Origin: Octopus sinensis
Lineage: Eukaryota
Direction of reading: 5' to 3'
DNA length: 64,000 nt
Assembly (NCBI RefSeq): GCF_006345805.1
Contig: NC_043000.1
Coordinates: forward strand, 59,768,001 to 59,832,000
Made by a program: the position numbers and the translations under genes. The number at the start of each line of letters is the position of its first letter. Position 1 is the first letter of the stretch. This document shows, one piece after another, positions 11,808-25,000 of the stretch. The notes beneath the pieces are model-generated. The model did not search any database. It was not told the DNA's origin and saw only the letters and a program-made list of their open reading frames with translations.

Positions 11808-14800
11808 CAAAGAAATAAAGCCAAACAGCACATACAGAAACTATCACATGAAAAATAAATAAATGGTGATTGACAAGTGAAATGAAAGACTAGGCATGTG
11901 TAGCAATATTTCAACAGTAGTTCAGATTCCATCAAAATCAAAATTAGAAAGAAAATCTTTTTGTAACAGTTTTTTTTTGTCTCAGTGTAGTGTTAAAAGA
12001 GAATGGTGTTTTAGTGTTACCCCCAGTGAAATGGATGGAATTCAAAGAAAATATGTCAATGTATACACAGCTCCTGAATGAAAAATATTTCTCTTTTGGT
12101 GATATTCGTAGGAAGGAAAGCATTAAAGCATTCTTGGTTGAGCAGGCTAAAAGAATTCAGTCTGTGACATTTATAATTTTGACTGAAATAGTAACAATCT
12201 GGGACTAAAGACTATTCCTAAGGAGATATCCATCAATACACACATGCAAAGAACTTTCAGTTATATCTGCCTATATTTTTTCCTAGATAAGACACAATGT
12301 TACAAGAATATTTAGCATTATGGGTTGACCTATTATTAGATATTTTAAGGAGCAAGCACTCATACATACAAACACCCTTCCATAGCAACCAGTGCCACCA
12401 TCACCACCACCACCATAATTCACAAGTGCATCAAATCAACAAAATAGCTTCTAAGCAATTGCTCAAACTGCTAGAAATAGCAGCCAAATATTCCTCAAAA
12501 TGACATCCTTATCACTTTAAAAAAAAAACAGACTAATTGGAAAATTTCTATTTTGTAATCATTAACTTAAAAGTGGGATCACCACAACTGGAATACCTTT
12601 GATTAGAGATCCAGTTGATCTCATAGCTGACAGACATCTAATGAACAACAATAAATAGCATGTTGTTTTTTCTCCATAGTAAATACTTATGTTGATTGGC
12701 ACAAATATCTTGAAGTGAATATTGCAGCACTTTGCATTTTGAGCCTAAATCTAACAAAATTCAACTTTTGGCTTATCTGTATGGAGTTGATAAGTATCAG
12801 TTAAGTTTTGAGATTTATTGCACCCACTTCCCTTTCTCTCCCCAGTCCCTCTCAAATTCAGCTATGCAGTGCTGACAGAATGTTATGCATCCCAGTCACA
12901 GTGTCCATTTCTTCCAGAAATGGAAAAGGATTGCATAAAGGGAACATAATGAGTGTGGAAAAGAACTAATACTCCATATTGTACAGAATGGATGATAAAA
13001 GAAATATATATATTTTAGTGACAGAGGGAACATAAATTAACCTAGGGGTAATATTTAGCCCCACTAAACATGGATGTGCTACTAGAACAAGCTATACTGT
13101 GGTAGCTTCCATAAGAGAAACTCTCACATTGGGCTTTTTGATGCAAAATGCCCCCTAGTGAGGAGATAAATTCTCACTACCTCCAACACCAAAACCCCTC
13201 GACCACATGATTTTGGCCTTGTTTGGTCTTGTCAATAATGGACACTAAAATGCGAGAGGCAGCAGTGATTCATCTTCCTGCCAACGAAATATAGACTGAA
13301 AGAAATGAATATGAGTTTTGGCTTTTCTTCTGATGCAACCACTTCATGTCTATCTGATCACAACTGTAGAAATGACATTTGTTCCATGGTTATAAAGGCA
13401 CTGACATTACATTTTAATGGATTAGATGGTGTGTCAGGTGGTTATAATGCAAGAATAGCAAATGCATAATGAAGCAATAAGGTATACTTAATGCAAGCAG
13501 CATTTAACCATTGTTGCCAAATATACAGTATTAGACATTTGTAAAGACATTTTATTTTAATCTCAGAGTTTATTCTATTCATAGAAGGATGAAAAAAAGA
13601 CATTTAGTTATATTTGTCCAATGTATTCCATTGCACATTGCAACAACAGCTAAAAAGCTTGTCTTGCTTGCATAAGTTATACTTCATTTATATATTTTCT
13701 TTATTAAAAATACACTACTTAGTGAGGCAAGAAATAAATAACTGAAGCCTCCAGGTAAGCTCTGACTGAGCAGATTTGTATGATCAAAGACCTTCCAGTC
13801 TTTCATATATGTCCTTTTTTTTAAAGATGGTAAGGAATTTGGTTGCCATTCTAGCAAGTTGAGCAAATACAGAGATTACTTTTTTGTATTGCAAGAGCAT
13901 TTGTACTGACAGACAGTTAATGTATGTGTTGCCCATGTAATATTAAATAAAAATAGCATTGTAACCAGTAATTGGATTTAAACCAGTTCACTGTGTTCTG
14001 AACTAAGCAAATTCTATAACTTGGTTGGTTCATTTAGTCAAATTAGGGAAATAATACTGCAGAAAATATAAGGCACTCAGAGGAAGATATTCCATAAAAG
14101 TACATTCTGATTATAGATATAATGTTGAGTAATTCTGTTGAACAACACTTAGTTTTGTAATCATACATTTTCAAAAAAAAAAAAAGCTTTCATATCAAAA
14201 CACATACACACACATACAGATTAAAGTAAGCAATCAAACAATACAATAAAGAATTCCAATACATGTATAAATTAAAACAGCTACAACTGAAAAGCAGAGT
14301 AAAAAGATAATAAATAAAACCAAAGCTGAGACAAAATGATATTTTTATGAGGAGGAAAGGGGCATTTGTACATCACAATATGGATACATATTCAGTTGGA
14401 TATTTGGACATACATAAACTCGTGTAAATGTTTTCATAAATGTATGTATTTATCTCAGAAGGAAAATATTTGTCACTATAATTAGATCTAAGTGGCAATG
14501 AGTGTGTGAGTGTGTGTGTGTGCATATGTGTGTACGTGTAAAACTATTATGTAAGTGTCAACATCTGTGTTTAAGATTATCCTTGCCAGCATAAATTGAG
14601 GTGGTTTTTGAATAGGAAGTAAATGATATTAAACAGCACAAACATTTCAAGGGTCACTGATGCAAAAGGAATTGACAGTATGTGTAATGTCATTAAACAT
14701 AAGGGGATTTCACCAAGGTTTTCTCTTCCTTGTTGCCATTTATCATCTGTATCAGTCAGATATAACTTTAGAATATAGAAATGCACCAAATCATCAATAG

Positions 14801-15671
14801 CAGTATCAACAGCAACCAAAGGGAATCTTTACATGGTTGATAAGAATTTAGAATATCATAGGCAGAATGACTTTTGTATCATATACCTGCACAACTGAAC
14901 TGTCATAAGGCTAAGCAATAACAACATCCAATCAGGGAAAGAGAGTATGATGTGGTAGCTTAACCTGCTAGAAATAGCAGTTGAACCTCCATCAAACTAT
15001 ACAATTTTAAACAAATTGGATACATTGGATAATGTAGTCCAAGGTACACAAGACTGATCTGGGGCTAAACATTCACAACAATCATCAAAAGGGCTTCTGA
15101 TCCAACAGTGTCCATACGGTCCTATTTATCAGATGTAATGGCTTTGGGACTAGAGAATTGAATATTTCCTTTCAATAGAACAGGATTTCAAGGAGTTTAG
15201 TGTCTGCTATTTCTAGTGGGTGAAGAGAATAAGCCAAGGCTTTATGTTTAAGCAGTATACAGAAGAAGGTAGTAAGATTTCTTTTATTCATTATATTGTT
15301 AATATACATTTTACTCAGATGCAGGCATGAGTGTGTGGTTACAAAGGTTGCTTTACAACCAGACAGTTTTTGGCTGCATCCATTGCATAGTATTTTCAAC
15401 AAGTGTCTTCTACTATAGCCTCAAGCTAGCCAATGCTTTCTGAGTGAAATTTGGTAGATGGAAACTGTACAGAAGTTCATCATATGCATATGTATGTGTG
15501 TCTGTGTGAAAGAGCGAGGGAGAGAGAGAGATCTGGGAGAGTTTGCTCTGCCTGTCTTAACACTGACATCGTGCAAGCAATGATGTTAAAACTCCCATAA
15601 ACAATACATCTCATGGCTTGTCTTTTCCAACATGTGATGAGTAATGGAATAGCTTACTCGAAAAATAAATA

Positions 15672-15812
15672 ATGGTTGTTGACATGAAGGGCATCCAGCT
15701 GTAAAAATACTGCTTAAATATGCTCATCCAGCCCATGCTAACATGGAAAACTCAGATGTAAAATATCAATGACCATGACGACAATGATGATGATGATGAG
15801 GAGGAGGAGGAG
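15672..15812 (+). mobile_element. RTE-LINE 3'-tail-type repeat ending in (GAT)n/(GAG)n
   Basis: gaagggcatccagctgt..cccatgctaacatggaaaac..gatgatgat. The same family occurs at ~30.4, 35.6, 40.8, 60.9 and 63.4 kb. Confidence 0.65.
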
Positions 15813-16851
15813 GATAAATCTATCCACCATTTTTGTTTATCAATAACCATCCCTTTATCAACTCCTCTAAACACAAAACGAAATAATGCAAAAATAAAAT
15901 GAAAAAAAAAATTTCTAATGCACTGAGTATGATGAAAGAAGATTATAAAGGAGATATTTTTAAAAAATGAAGAAAAAAAAAAAATAATCTTCAACAGAAT
16001 TGTGGTGAGTCAGAATGGTGCCAGAGAGGCTGGACATATTGGAAAGGCAAGTCTTTCTGACTAATGAGCAATAACAAATCAATAAATACTCATCTATGCC
16101 TGGTCGTCATAGCTAACTATCATGCCTTCTAAAAGTATTTAATAAGGATCCAACAGAGAGAGAGAGAGAGAGTGAGAGAGAGATATAAAGACAGAGAAAG
16201 TGACTGAAAGAAAGAGAGAGAGACAGGCAGAAGCTTTGTTGCACATCAATGAATCAACAATTGAATGCACACACAGAGTTCCACTCATTCTCTCATACAT
16301 ACATTCACACTGAAGAAATTAAATATGCCCAGACAGAATTACACATACACACATGTGCATGCACACACATATGCCATGCATGCACATGTGCACACACAGA
16401 CACTAGATATTCATGCATTTTATTGGAAAGCAGAAACAAAAATTTTATAATAAAATAAAGCCTTAAGTAGATAAATACATACATCTGTGCAATTTACAAC
16501 ACACATAAGGCTCTAAGGCTATATATGTGCACACACATACATGCATGCATACACTCACACACCCACATTAGTGTAGAATATACAAATACTTAAATATACA
16601 ACTCAAATAAAGCAGCAACAATCAGAAAAAAAAAAATCAAAGACAAACAGACATATGCATACATGTACAGTCATCAAAGAAAACAATAAAAGAATGTAAG
16701 TATAGAATTCATCGACCACGTCCCACATACACAACACATCAAAAGAACAACAGAATGTAAAGACTTCTTTTTTAAAGCATCCCTCCATATATATATATAT
16801 ATATATATATATATTACGGAGTGGAGTGGACACTTAATATATATGTGTATG

Positions 16852-16888
<37 letters not shown>

Positions 16889-17934
16889 ATATATGCATAT
16901 ACACACACATATGTATTAGAAACACAAGAACGTACGGGTATAAATACCCACATCTTTAGACCAGTGTTTTTCTTTGCTTTTTGCTTTGTTTTACTAACCT
17001 AAGGAATTATGACTGGCAATGAATGCGAAATATTAGTCTATGATTTTAAATAATGCTATATTACACACTCACATGTACACACACGATAGAAATTAGCTTG
17101 ATAATAATTTCATGCAATAATTCATCACTACCCTATTACATTGCTTGCTAGGAAGTTTAGGTTAATGAGGGGAGAGAGAGGGTGGCAGGTGTGGGTGGGT
17201 GTAGAGTAAATTATTCGAAAGGTATAGTTTATTGATCACCATTTAAAATCAAATACCCACCCACTGTTGAAAATATATTTGACATTCTTAAAAAATTATA
17301 AATTAAATGACCAATATAAAAGCCATTTTCTCCCTTTTTAATCATCATTCCCTCCTATAATTTCTCCCTATAAATATTTGGTTTAATTTAATTTTGAAGT
17401 TTAACAGAAAGTCATAATCTTGTATTAAAGGGTATTCTGCCAACATATGTAAAACAGCAGATTTACTGAATCAGTTGCCTTATATTTATTTACTAGTATA
17501 CTCGTGTCATCAAAAATGCCAACAGTTACTATTGAGAGAAAATGGCATTATCAAAACGATGAGAGAAACCATTGATAAATGTCAGCAATCAAGTAGACAT
17601 ATGTATATACATAGAATTGAAGCACTTGAAGAATCAGATATGGTAGTAAGGTCTCAGTTGAAAATATTGGCCACATAACATGTGTGTGTGTGAAACATGC
17701 AGTTTTCCCTGCTTGCATGGATTGAACATATTTTGTATGGCTGGATGGCCTTCCTGTTACCAATCCTCGCTTATTCTCAAGTAATATTTCACCATGCCCA
17801 TACATGTTTACATGGCAGATTGGAAATGAGAAACACCTCTTGCATGACTATGACATTTGTTTACTACCATGTCAGGGCAAGGAGACAGTAAGATAAACAT
17901 TCACACACACAGCACACAGCTGCATATATATATA

Positions 17935-18230
17935 TAGTGCTGGATTAATCATTTACCAAAATAAGCACTGGCTTAGGGCATCAAGTTAAGGAGGGGGGCA
18001 CCACAGAAATGGTAAATGGTTTATGGCACTAAAGAAATCACTTTAAACTAGCTAAGATGATATTCAGGATGCTTTTATCTCTACTAAATACAGACGCAGA
18101 TGTGTTACCTAAGATTAATTTTGAGGACCTGATCAAAGACTTTGCAATTCAAAAAAGTAAGAGGAAACTTTTCAAATATAAATAAACTGGAAATATCCAA
18201 AAATAATCATTATTTTCCCTCTTACAGTTT
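17935..18230 (+). mobile_element. Non-autonomous hAT element, 5' part with transposase C-terminus
   Basis: Terminus tagtgctggattaa..gcttagggcatc..gggggcaccac. 18069-18185 encodes MLLSLLNTDADVLPKINFEDLIKDFAIQKSKRKLFKYK*, like the end of the hAT dimerisation domain. Right boundary against the LTR is uncertain (18230-18300). Confidence 0.7.
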
Positions 18231-18300
18231 TGTTTCATTTTTGATATGATGTACAACTTGTCAGTTATATCTAAACTGCTATAATATCAAACATTCCTGA

Positions 18301-18488
18301 TGTTCTTTTATTACTCTCCAACTGTGTATCTTCAACAAGCATTCCGCAATATCTCTATTCAATAATTGCAACGACCTGTACACTATGACTGCACATATGT
18401 CACTCTTTCCAGACTGTTCTGCTTATTTATACTAACTAGTATTGTTCACTTAGCCAATCATGGGAGTGTGCAGATTCCCCACACAACA
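18301..18488 (-). repeat. 3' LTR of the Gypsy element
   Basis: Starts TG after the PPT, has a TATAAAT box and AATAAAA signal. Ends in CA at 18301, 18298 or 18231 (not resolved). Confidence 0.8.
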
Positions 18489-18549
18489 CCTCCCCCCTTT
18501 GAGATTGGCTTTCCCTTTGTTTATTTATTTATTTTTTTCATTTTATTAC

Positions 18550-20986
18550 TTCCTCTCACATACATACATTTTATTACTTCCTTGGGAAGAAATTGGTATA
18601 TTTGTTAGCTTAGAATCAATCTCTACCATCTCCATCTTCTTTCTCTTTCTAGTTGACTTGCGCACTGGTTCAACCCTTTCCTGTGGCACCAGAATATCAA
18701 ATATGTAATAAAGTAGTTCCATAGGCTCTTCCTGCCTTTTTCGTCCTTCTGTGTATCTTTTTTTTATTTGATTTACATGTCTCATGCTCACATATCTGCC
18801 CTTTCACCATATATATTACTCTACTAAGACATTTGGTTAATCGTCCTTGTTCCTAACTTTATTTTCCATATTTGTACATTTAAAAAAATATTGTGTCATC
18901 TATATAGAGATAGTTTGTATTATTAACAGTATTCTTCTGTTTTTGTTGTTTCCTTCCTAGTACAATTTACTGATTGTACCTTTCTGGCAAACATTAATTC
19001 AGCGGGTGACACACCCAACTCTCTGTTGGGGTTTGGTGTTATTCTATAGACATGTAAAAGTTTTGTCAGTATTATCCACTAATGGTTCGTTTCTGGTTTT
19101 CCTCAGTGCTCTTTTAAACGTATCTACGAACCTCTCCACAAATCCATTTGACCTCAGATGATATGGTGGGGTAGTGACATGTTCCATTTGATGTTTCTTA
19201 CAAAAATCTTTGAACTCTTTTGCTGTAAAGTGCATGCCATTATCAGACACTATAGTGTCCAGTACACTAAAACATGCAAATATTTCATCCAAAAATTCAA
19301 TAGTTATTTTCGTAGTTGGTTTTCTGCACTTACAAATTTCAGGCCACTACCAGATAATATGCACCGCTTTATGTTACCATTTTCCAACTTAAGTAAGATT
19401 ATTGCTCCTATCCCAGACTCACTAGCATCTAATGCTACAATCATTTTTACTTTTGGATCAAAATGTGCTAGAGATAGCTCTGACGTTAACACCTTTTTAA
19501 TCCTTTCAAATGCTTTTTGGCATTCGTCAGTCCAACACCATTTCACATCTTTTTCCAAAAGATTGTTTAAAGGTGCTCTTAGCTTGTGCATTTTTGGAAT
19601 ATACATTTGGTAATTCACAAGATCTAGAAAAGCTTGTAAGGTTGTTATATTAGTCAGAGGAGGCATATCTTTAATTGTGTCTACCCTCAACGGGTCCAGT
19701 CATCATCCATTCCAGTCGATAATTTGTCCTAAATACTTAATTTCAGGTAAGAAAAATTCACATTTTACCTCAGTGTGAAACTGTAATCTCTTATTTTTTC
19801 AAAAACACTTTACGTGCTTGACATGCTGATCATGAGGTTCACTTTTAATTAATATATCATCCAGGTATGGAATTGCAAATTCACAGTCTGCTAACATTGT
19901 ATCCATAACCTGTTAAAAAATTGCAGGTGTGACTTTTATTCCAAAAGGAAGTCAGTTAAACTTGCATAACCCTTTGTGTGTGTTTATCTTTAACAGCTTG
20001 GAACATTCTTCTTCGACCAGCAGCTGTATATAAGCTTCCAATAAATCCAATTTAGAAAAGAATTTGCCTCCATCAAGCTTGGTAAAAATCTCTTCTAGAC
20101 TTGGTAATGGATAGTTATAAGTTTTCAGACATTCATTTAATCACATTGAAAAATTGGCACAGACCCTTATTTTGTTATTTCTCTTTTTTATGTACACAGT
20201 TGGTGCTGCCTATTCTGAATATTCTAATTTTTGTATTACACCAATATTCTCAAGTTTTTCAAGTCTTTTTCTACTTGATTCAGTGCCACAAAAAGCACAG
20301 CTCTCTCTGGTTTAAAAACTGGAATGGCATTTTCTTTTAGTTGGAATTTCACTTTTACTTTTGTACATGTACCAAGTTCTTCCAAAAAAGCATCAGGATA
20401 TATTTTTTTAAATTTCATTTTTAACTTTTCAGATGCCTTGTTCAAACTGGCATGCGATGTATTCACATTATTGCAGAAAATGTTTATGGGCAAATCCCAC
20501 AAATTAACTGTCTCCATCCAATCTGTACCAAACAGATTCATGGTATTTTCTGATATGTAAACCTTTGCTTTGAACGTCTTCCCATGAAATGTTACATCTG
20601 GCATCAATTCACCCAGGAATTGAACTTGCTATCCAGAGACTCCACGAGCTATTTGCGTTGTTTTCTTGAACATAGGTCTTCCAAGTTTCAGTATTTATTA
20701 TTGAGATATCACTCCATGTGTCTAGTTGCCATCTTGTGTGTACATTATTAATTTTTACTGGTACAAATTTTCGTTTTTTTGTTTCACTATCTGCTTTCAT
20801 TGCAAACACTTTATTTGTTTTTCTGTTTGACCTTTTCTTTTTCACCCAACACTGCGACTGTTTAAGCCCCATTTTTCCACAAGCAAAACATTCTTTATTC
20901 CTAAAGGAGCAGTCCCTTTTGAAGTGCATCTTACCACAACCATAACACAGTTTGGGCCTTGTTTGTTTTATTTTCATATTTCTCAT
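18550..20986 (-). pseudogene. Gypsy gag-pol pseudogene (multiple stops, frameshifts, deletion)
   Basis: CYGCGKMHFKRDC..CFACGKMGLKQSQC (CCHC); WQLDTWSDISII (protease); PFGIKVTPAIF*QVMDTMLADCEFAIPYLDDILI (RT, YLDD at 19856-19867); DASESGIGA (RNase H); DTIVSDNGMHF..PPYHLRSNGFVERFVDTFKRALRK (integrase). Confidence 0.93.
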
Positions 20987-21590
20987 AGGTCAACATACCT
21001 GTACATTTATATTAATATTTTCCATTTTTTTCAGTATCTTACCATAGGTTAATAATACATTGACATTCTTCTGTGTTGTACTTTCTTCCATGTGTCTGAA
21101 AAGTGGTCCAACCTTTTAAATTTTCAAGGCACTTCTCTATTGCCTCTATCGGGGCAACCTCTATCGTGTTCGAGGACGTGGACTATGTCCTGTATTCTAC
21201 CATCCGTTTTGCCACATTATTTCTCAATTCTTCTGGAGGAGTCAGCCTTAGACTTGCTCCTTCCTTTTCCAGCAATCTGCTTCCTTCCTTCCATTTCTTT
21301 GGCTCAATTTTTATTTCCCGTACTTTGAGGGTGTTGGTAATTTTACATTGAGTTGTTGCAGATACGTAACTTTGTCCACACTCGATCTCTCCTCCTTTCT
21401 CCACTTCTCCCATAGATGGGGAACAAACAAATTCATATAACATGCAAAAACAGTGACAGAAAATTCAACAAAATTAACAGTTTAACAAATCATGGTACAT
21501 CCACACGGGGAGACCTTGAACATATATATAATAACAATGTGTAACAAATCAAACTCATGTTAAAGAAACCACTACCAACACCAAAAAAGC

Positions 21591-21690
21591 ACATGACACT
21601 CTTTCCAGATTGTTCTGTGCATGCTCATTTATACTAACTAGTATAGCTCATTTAGCCAATCATGGGGGTGTACAGATTTCCCATACAACA
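21591..21690 (-). repeat. Truncated 5' LTR of the Gypsy element
   Basis: Aligns to the first ~95 bp of the 3' LTR (9 mismatches in 88 aligned bases plus a 6-bp indel), then diverges. No PBS found. Confidence 0.85.
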
Positions 21691-21844
21691 GTTTTGAAAA
21701 ATAAAAATGAATTTTATGGTTTGTTCATCATCATCATCATCATCATCGTTTAGCGTCCGTTTTCCATGTTATTGTTAATAATTTGAATTACATAATCTTT
21801 TATGGAGCACCAAAATCTTTTAAGTGCTTTGGGCCACAATGGGT

Positions 21845-21847
<3 letters not shown>
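21691..21847 (+). mobile_element. 3' part of the hAT element interrupted by the Gypsy insertion
   Basis: ..ggagcaccaaaatcttttaagtgctttgggccacaatgggtctta, resembling the subterminal end that pairs with 17935. TIR truncated by (TA)n. Contains a small RTE-tail fragment at ~21725-21770. Confidence 0.5.
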
Positions 21848-21885
<38 letters not shown>

Positions 21886-22027
21886 CAAAATGGGACAAGA
21901 ACGCAAAATATCCAGATAGGCGATACAAAAAAACACAGACGGGTCATTCGAAGCCTTTTATCTTCAGTGAAGAACCGGATCATCCTCGCAATTTCAGCTG
22001 ATTATTTATATATATATATATATAATA
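21848..22027. mobile_element. Short CpG-retaining interspersed repeat flanked by (TA)n on both sides (Penelope-like terminal repeat?)
   Basis: (TA)n - aaatacaaaatgggacaagaacgc..gacgggtcattcgaag..cgcaatttcagctg - (TA)n. Family assignment is from recall only. Confidence 0.5.
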
Positions 22028-25000
22028 GAGAGAAACTATGTATAGAGTATTATCAAAAAAACAGGAGACTCAGTTAGAGATAATTTCCACATATGAAATC
22101 ATACAAATGAATGAGCCACTCAAGGAACCATTGTATGGCTGTTCAACCGGCAAGAAATAGCAAAATCTCCCACAAATAAAATCCTACCATCTTAAAAAAC
22201 CCTAATAAATTGAATGAAGCTGACAGATGAACCAGGCTAGAACATCTTTTACCATAGGTCTACTGAATCAGGACTGTCCTGGGGCTATACAATAACAGTA
22301 ATACAAATCATTTATATTTGTGAGTGAGAGAGCAATGTTCAGTTTGTAAAGCATTAAGAATAAAACAACAGTAATAAACAAGGAGATGGTTTTTGTCATT
22401 GTTGTTATTGTCAAGTTTTTCTTATATGAAAATAGAAGCTTTGTTAGAGGTTTTGTAGTCAACAAATAATGTTCTAAGATATGTCTATTTGAACATGTGA
22501 AAGTTGTAAAATATTTTCAGATTAGTCTCTGATTTTATATGCTTGTTCTGCTTCAAAGAAGAGTCAACAGTTTTCTAGTGGGAGTGAAGTAAGTAGATAA
22601 ATCCAGAAGATCAACACTTCAACGCACAAAAACCTTTATTGCTCATTTAAACAGCTGCATAAGACTTTTCTGGTTTGTAAACTCTGTCTTTTCACCTCAA
22701 CTTAGGCTATTTGAGAATGATCAATCAATCATGTTAGTCATGGCCATCAGAGTAAAAATTTGAAAAGGAAAAAAAAAGCACATTCATATGAATGTGTCAG
22801 TGATGTACATATACATTTTGTGTGTGTGTTTATATATATAAACACAATCATTCATATTTACATGTACACACACACAGGAAGAAAATGCAAATAACTGACT
22901 AGACTGGTAAAAAAACAGTGTGCCAGGAAGCAATCTGTCTTTACTGAAATTCACATAATCTGTGTAGAACAATATTCAAGTTAGATAATACACTATAATA
23001 CATTGTAGAAAAACTGAAAATAAAAATTTTTTTAGCAAAAATAATCTCACACTGTTTTTGTTTTTATTCATAAATTTTTAACAAAATATATTTAAATAAA
23101 TTAGTCAGAGGAGGAGAGATACTCCCTTTGACCTTTGTTATGTTAGACTGGAAAAATTAATATAGTTGATTCTCTACTTATGCATCTACAAGTCATTGTC
23201 TGTAAAAAAAACATAAGGGTATTGGTCCAAATGCTTGCAACAGAGTAAACATATTTAAAGACACCCAAGGACCAGATGGTGGTATGGTATTTAACCAGGT
23301 AACATGTTAGGCTTACAACACAAAGGATTTTTGCTCAGAGGTCATATGTTAAATTTTGATATCAAAAGACAGTGAGTACTGACCACCATTACATTGACTA
23401 CTAAACTTGTTGCTAAGTAGAAATTCTTAAGGTGCTGAATATATGACCAAATATGTAGATCTGAGGTTAAGGGCTGAAATCAAATTGCTAGAATCTTGTC
23501 CCAGTAGATGAGGTGTTACAGAACTAAACTTGTCACTGTTCAGCAATAGGTCAGCACTGACTGAGCAGTTAGAGCTATGATAAAAATAGTCAAGCCATGA
23601 ACCACCCAGACAAAGTATCTAGAATATTTTCAAAATAATAGAGTGTTGTTTTGAGGGAGATTAGTTGCTATTTCTAAAAGTTGTATAGAAGCTCCTACTT
23701 GAGATTTAGTAGGTGGCTATGAAAAGAGTGCATGATGGGGGTCCACTAACCACAGTTTTAAACACGGTGATCTTGATCAAGCCACATGCCGCAATAAAAT
23801 TGATAACTAATTTCGCTTCATCACAGAGTTGTTGCATTTGGAGGGGTACTTAACTATATATTTTTAAAAATGCTAGCTCTCAATATTCAAATAACTGTCT
23901 ATGCTTGCTGACCCATGAATTGAACCAAAACTATGGGAAAAACTAATACCTGTAGCGCATCTGATCTAATTATAGAAAGAGTCACTCAAGGAACAAGTGA
24001 AAATGAAGAGAAAACAACCTATTAAAACTAACAGCAGCAGACAGACAATGTGAAGGATAATAAACAGTTGTCAGTTATAAATTCTATTCTTATGCTCAAA
24101 GGTAGGATTAAAAAAAAAAGAAAAAAGAAAAACTGGAGGGGGAGAGCACTTTATGGAGAAATTTAAGAGAAACAGGAATCATGCTGTAATTTCATTTTCA
24201 GAAAGAAGATATTTTAACTTAAATGTAAAATTATTCTGTTAAGATGTAATTTGTTATTACAAGTTACAGTCTCAGGCTACTTTCTTTTTAAATCTATCTG
24301 CATATGTATCTATCACAGCAGTCAAATTTTTTTAATGTTGTTATATGAAAAATGTTTGTGTAATTGAGTTAGGGTTATCATATTTAATGAAAGATATAAA
24401 AACTGTTAACTAGATGCACTGAAGAAAAGAAGCAAAATTTTAGTCAAAGTCTGATATTATTTTCAATCTTTAGGTAAGCACAGGAGACAACTTTGCCTAT
24501 GATTGAGTCTTATTATACCCTCATCAGCAAAGCATAGCCTTCATTGTGCTTCCCAAGTTAGTAATGAAAGAATCCTTAATTAAATGTACAATAACACACA
24601 TTGGTTGGTGAGTGAAAACAGTATTGTTTAGAAAATAAATAATTCAGAGATGCCACCTGCTCAAGAAAAACAATAGTGATAGTATATTTAATACAGGAAA
24701 CATTATAGTCATGTAGAATGAAACTTAAATGGGCTTGGGAAGTATACACTGAGTTCTTAGCAACATGTCATGAATATTAGACTGCCTAGGCAAGATTTCA
24801 AACATTAAGCTGCTGTTAGAGTATATTTAATCTCCAATCAAGAAAGATCAGTTTATAACCATACCAAAATTAAGTCTTAATTCTCAGAGAGAACTAAATT
24901 TTCATGTTATGTTAACATGACAACCATTAAAAATTTATCAATACTGAATGGACATTTAAAAAAAATTAGTGAGCAGAAGTATATTTAGATCTGTTATATG

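Larger units (their letters stand above)
18301..21690 (-). mobile_element. Degenerate Ty3/Gypsy LTR retrotransposon
   Basis: Domain order on minus: gag zinc knuckles, protease, RT, RNase H, integrase. PPT aaaggggggagg (18489-18500) precedes the 3' LTR start TGTTGTG; matching 5' LTR start TGTTGTA at 21690. Confidence 0.95.

Noticed and set aside
11990-12208. 72-aa ORF after a pyrimidine-rich acceptor
   Set aside because: No recognisable domain and no linkable neighbouring exon; length is within chance expectation.
17475-17678. 67-aa coiled-coil-like ORF with possible splice sites
   Set aside because: Weak donor, phase does not chain with other plus-strand candidates, no recognised homology.
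19158-21351. Plus-strand ORFs up to 151 aa
   Set aside because: Antisense to Gypsy gag-pol.
21930-21990. CUGAAGA..GAAU hammerhead-like motif on the minus strand
   Set aside because: GAAA is altered and no convincing stem II or III could be drawn.
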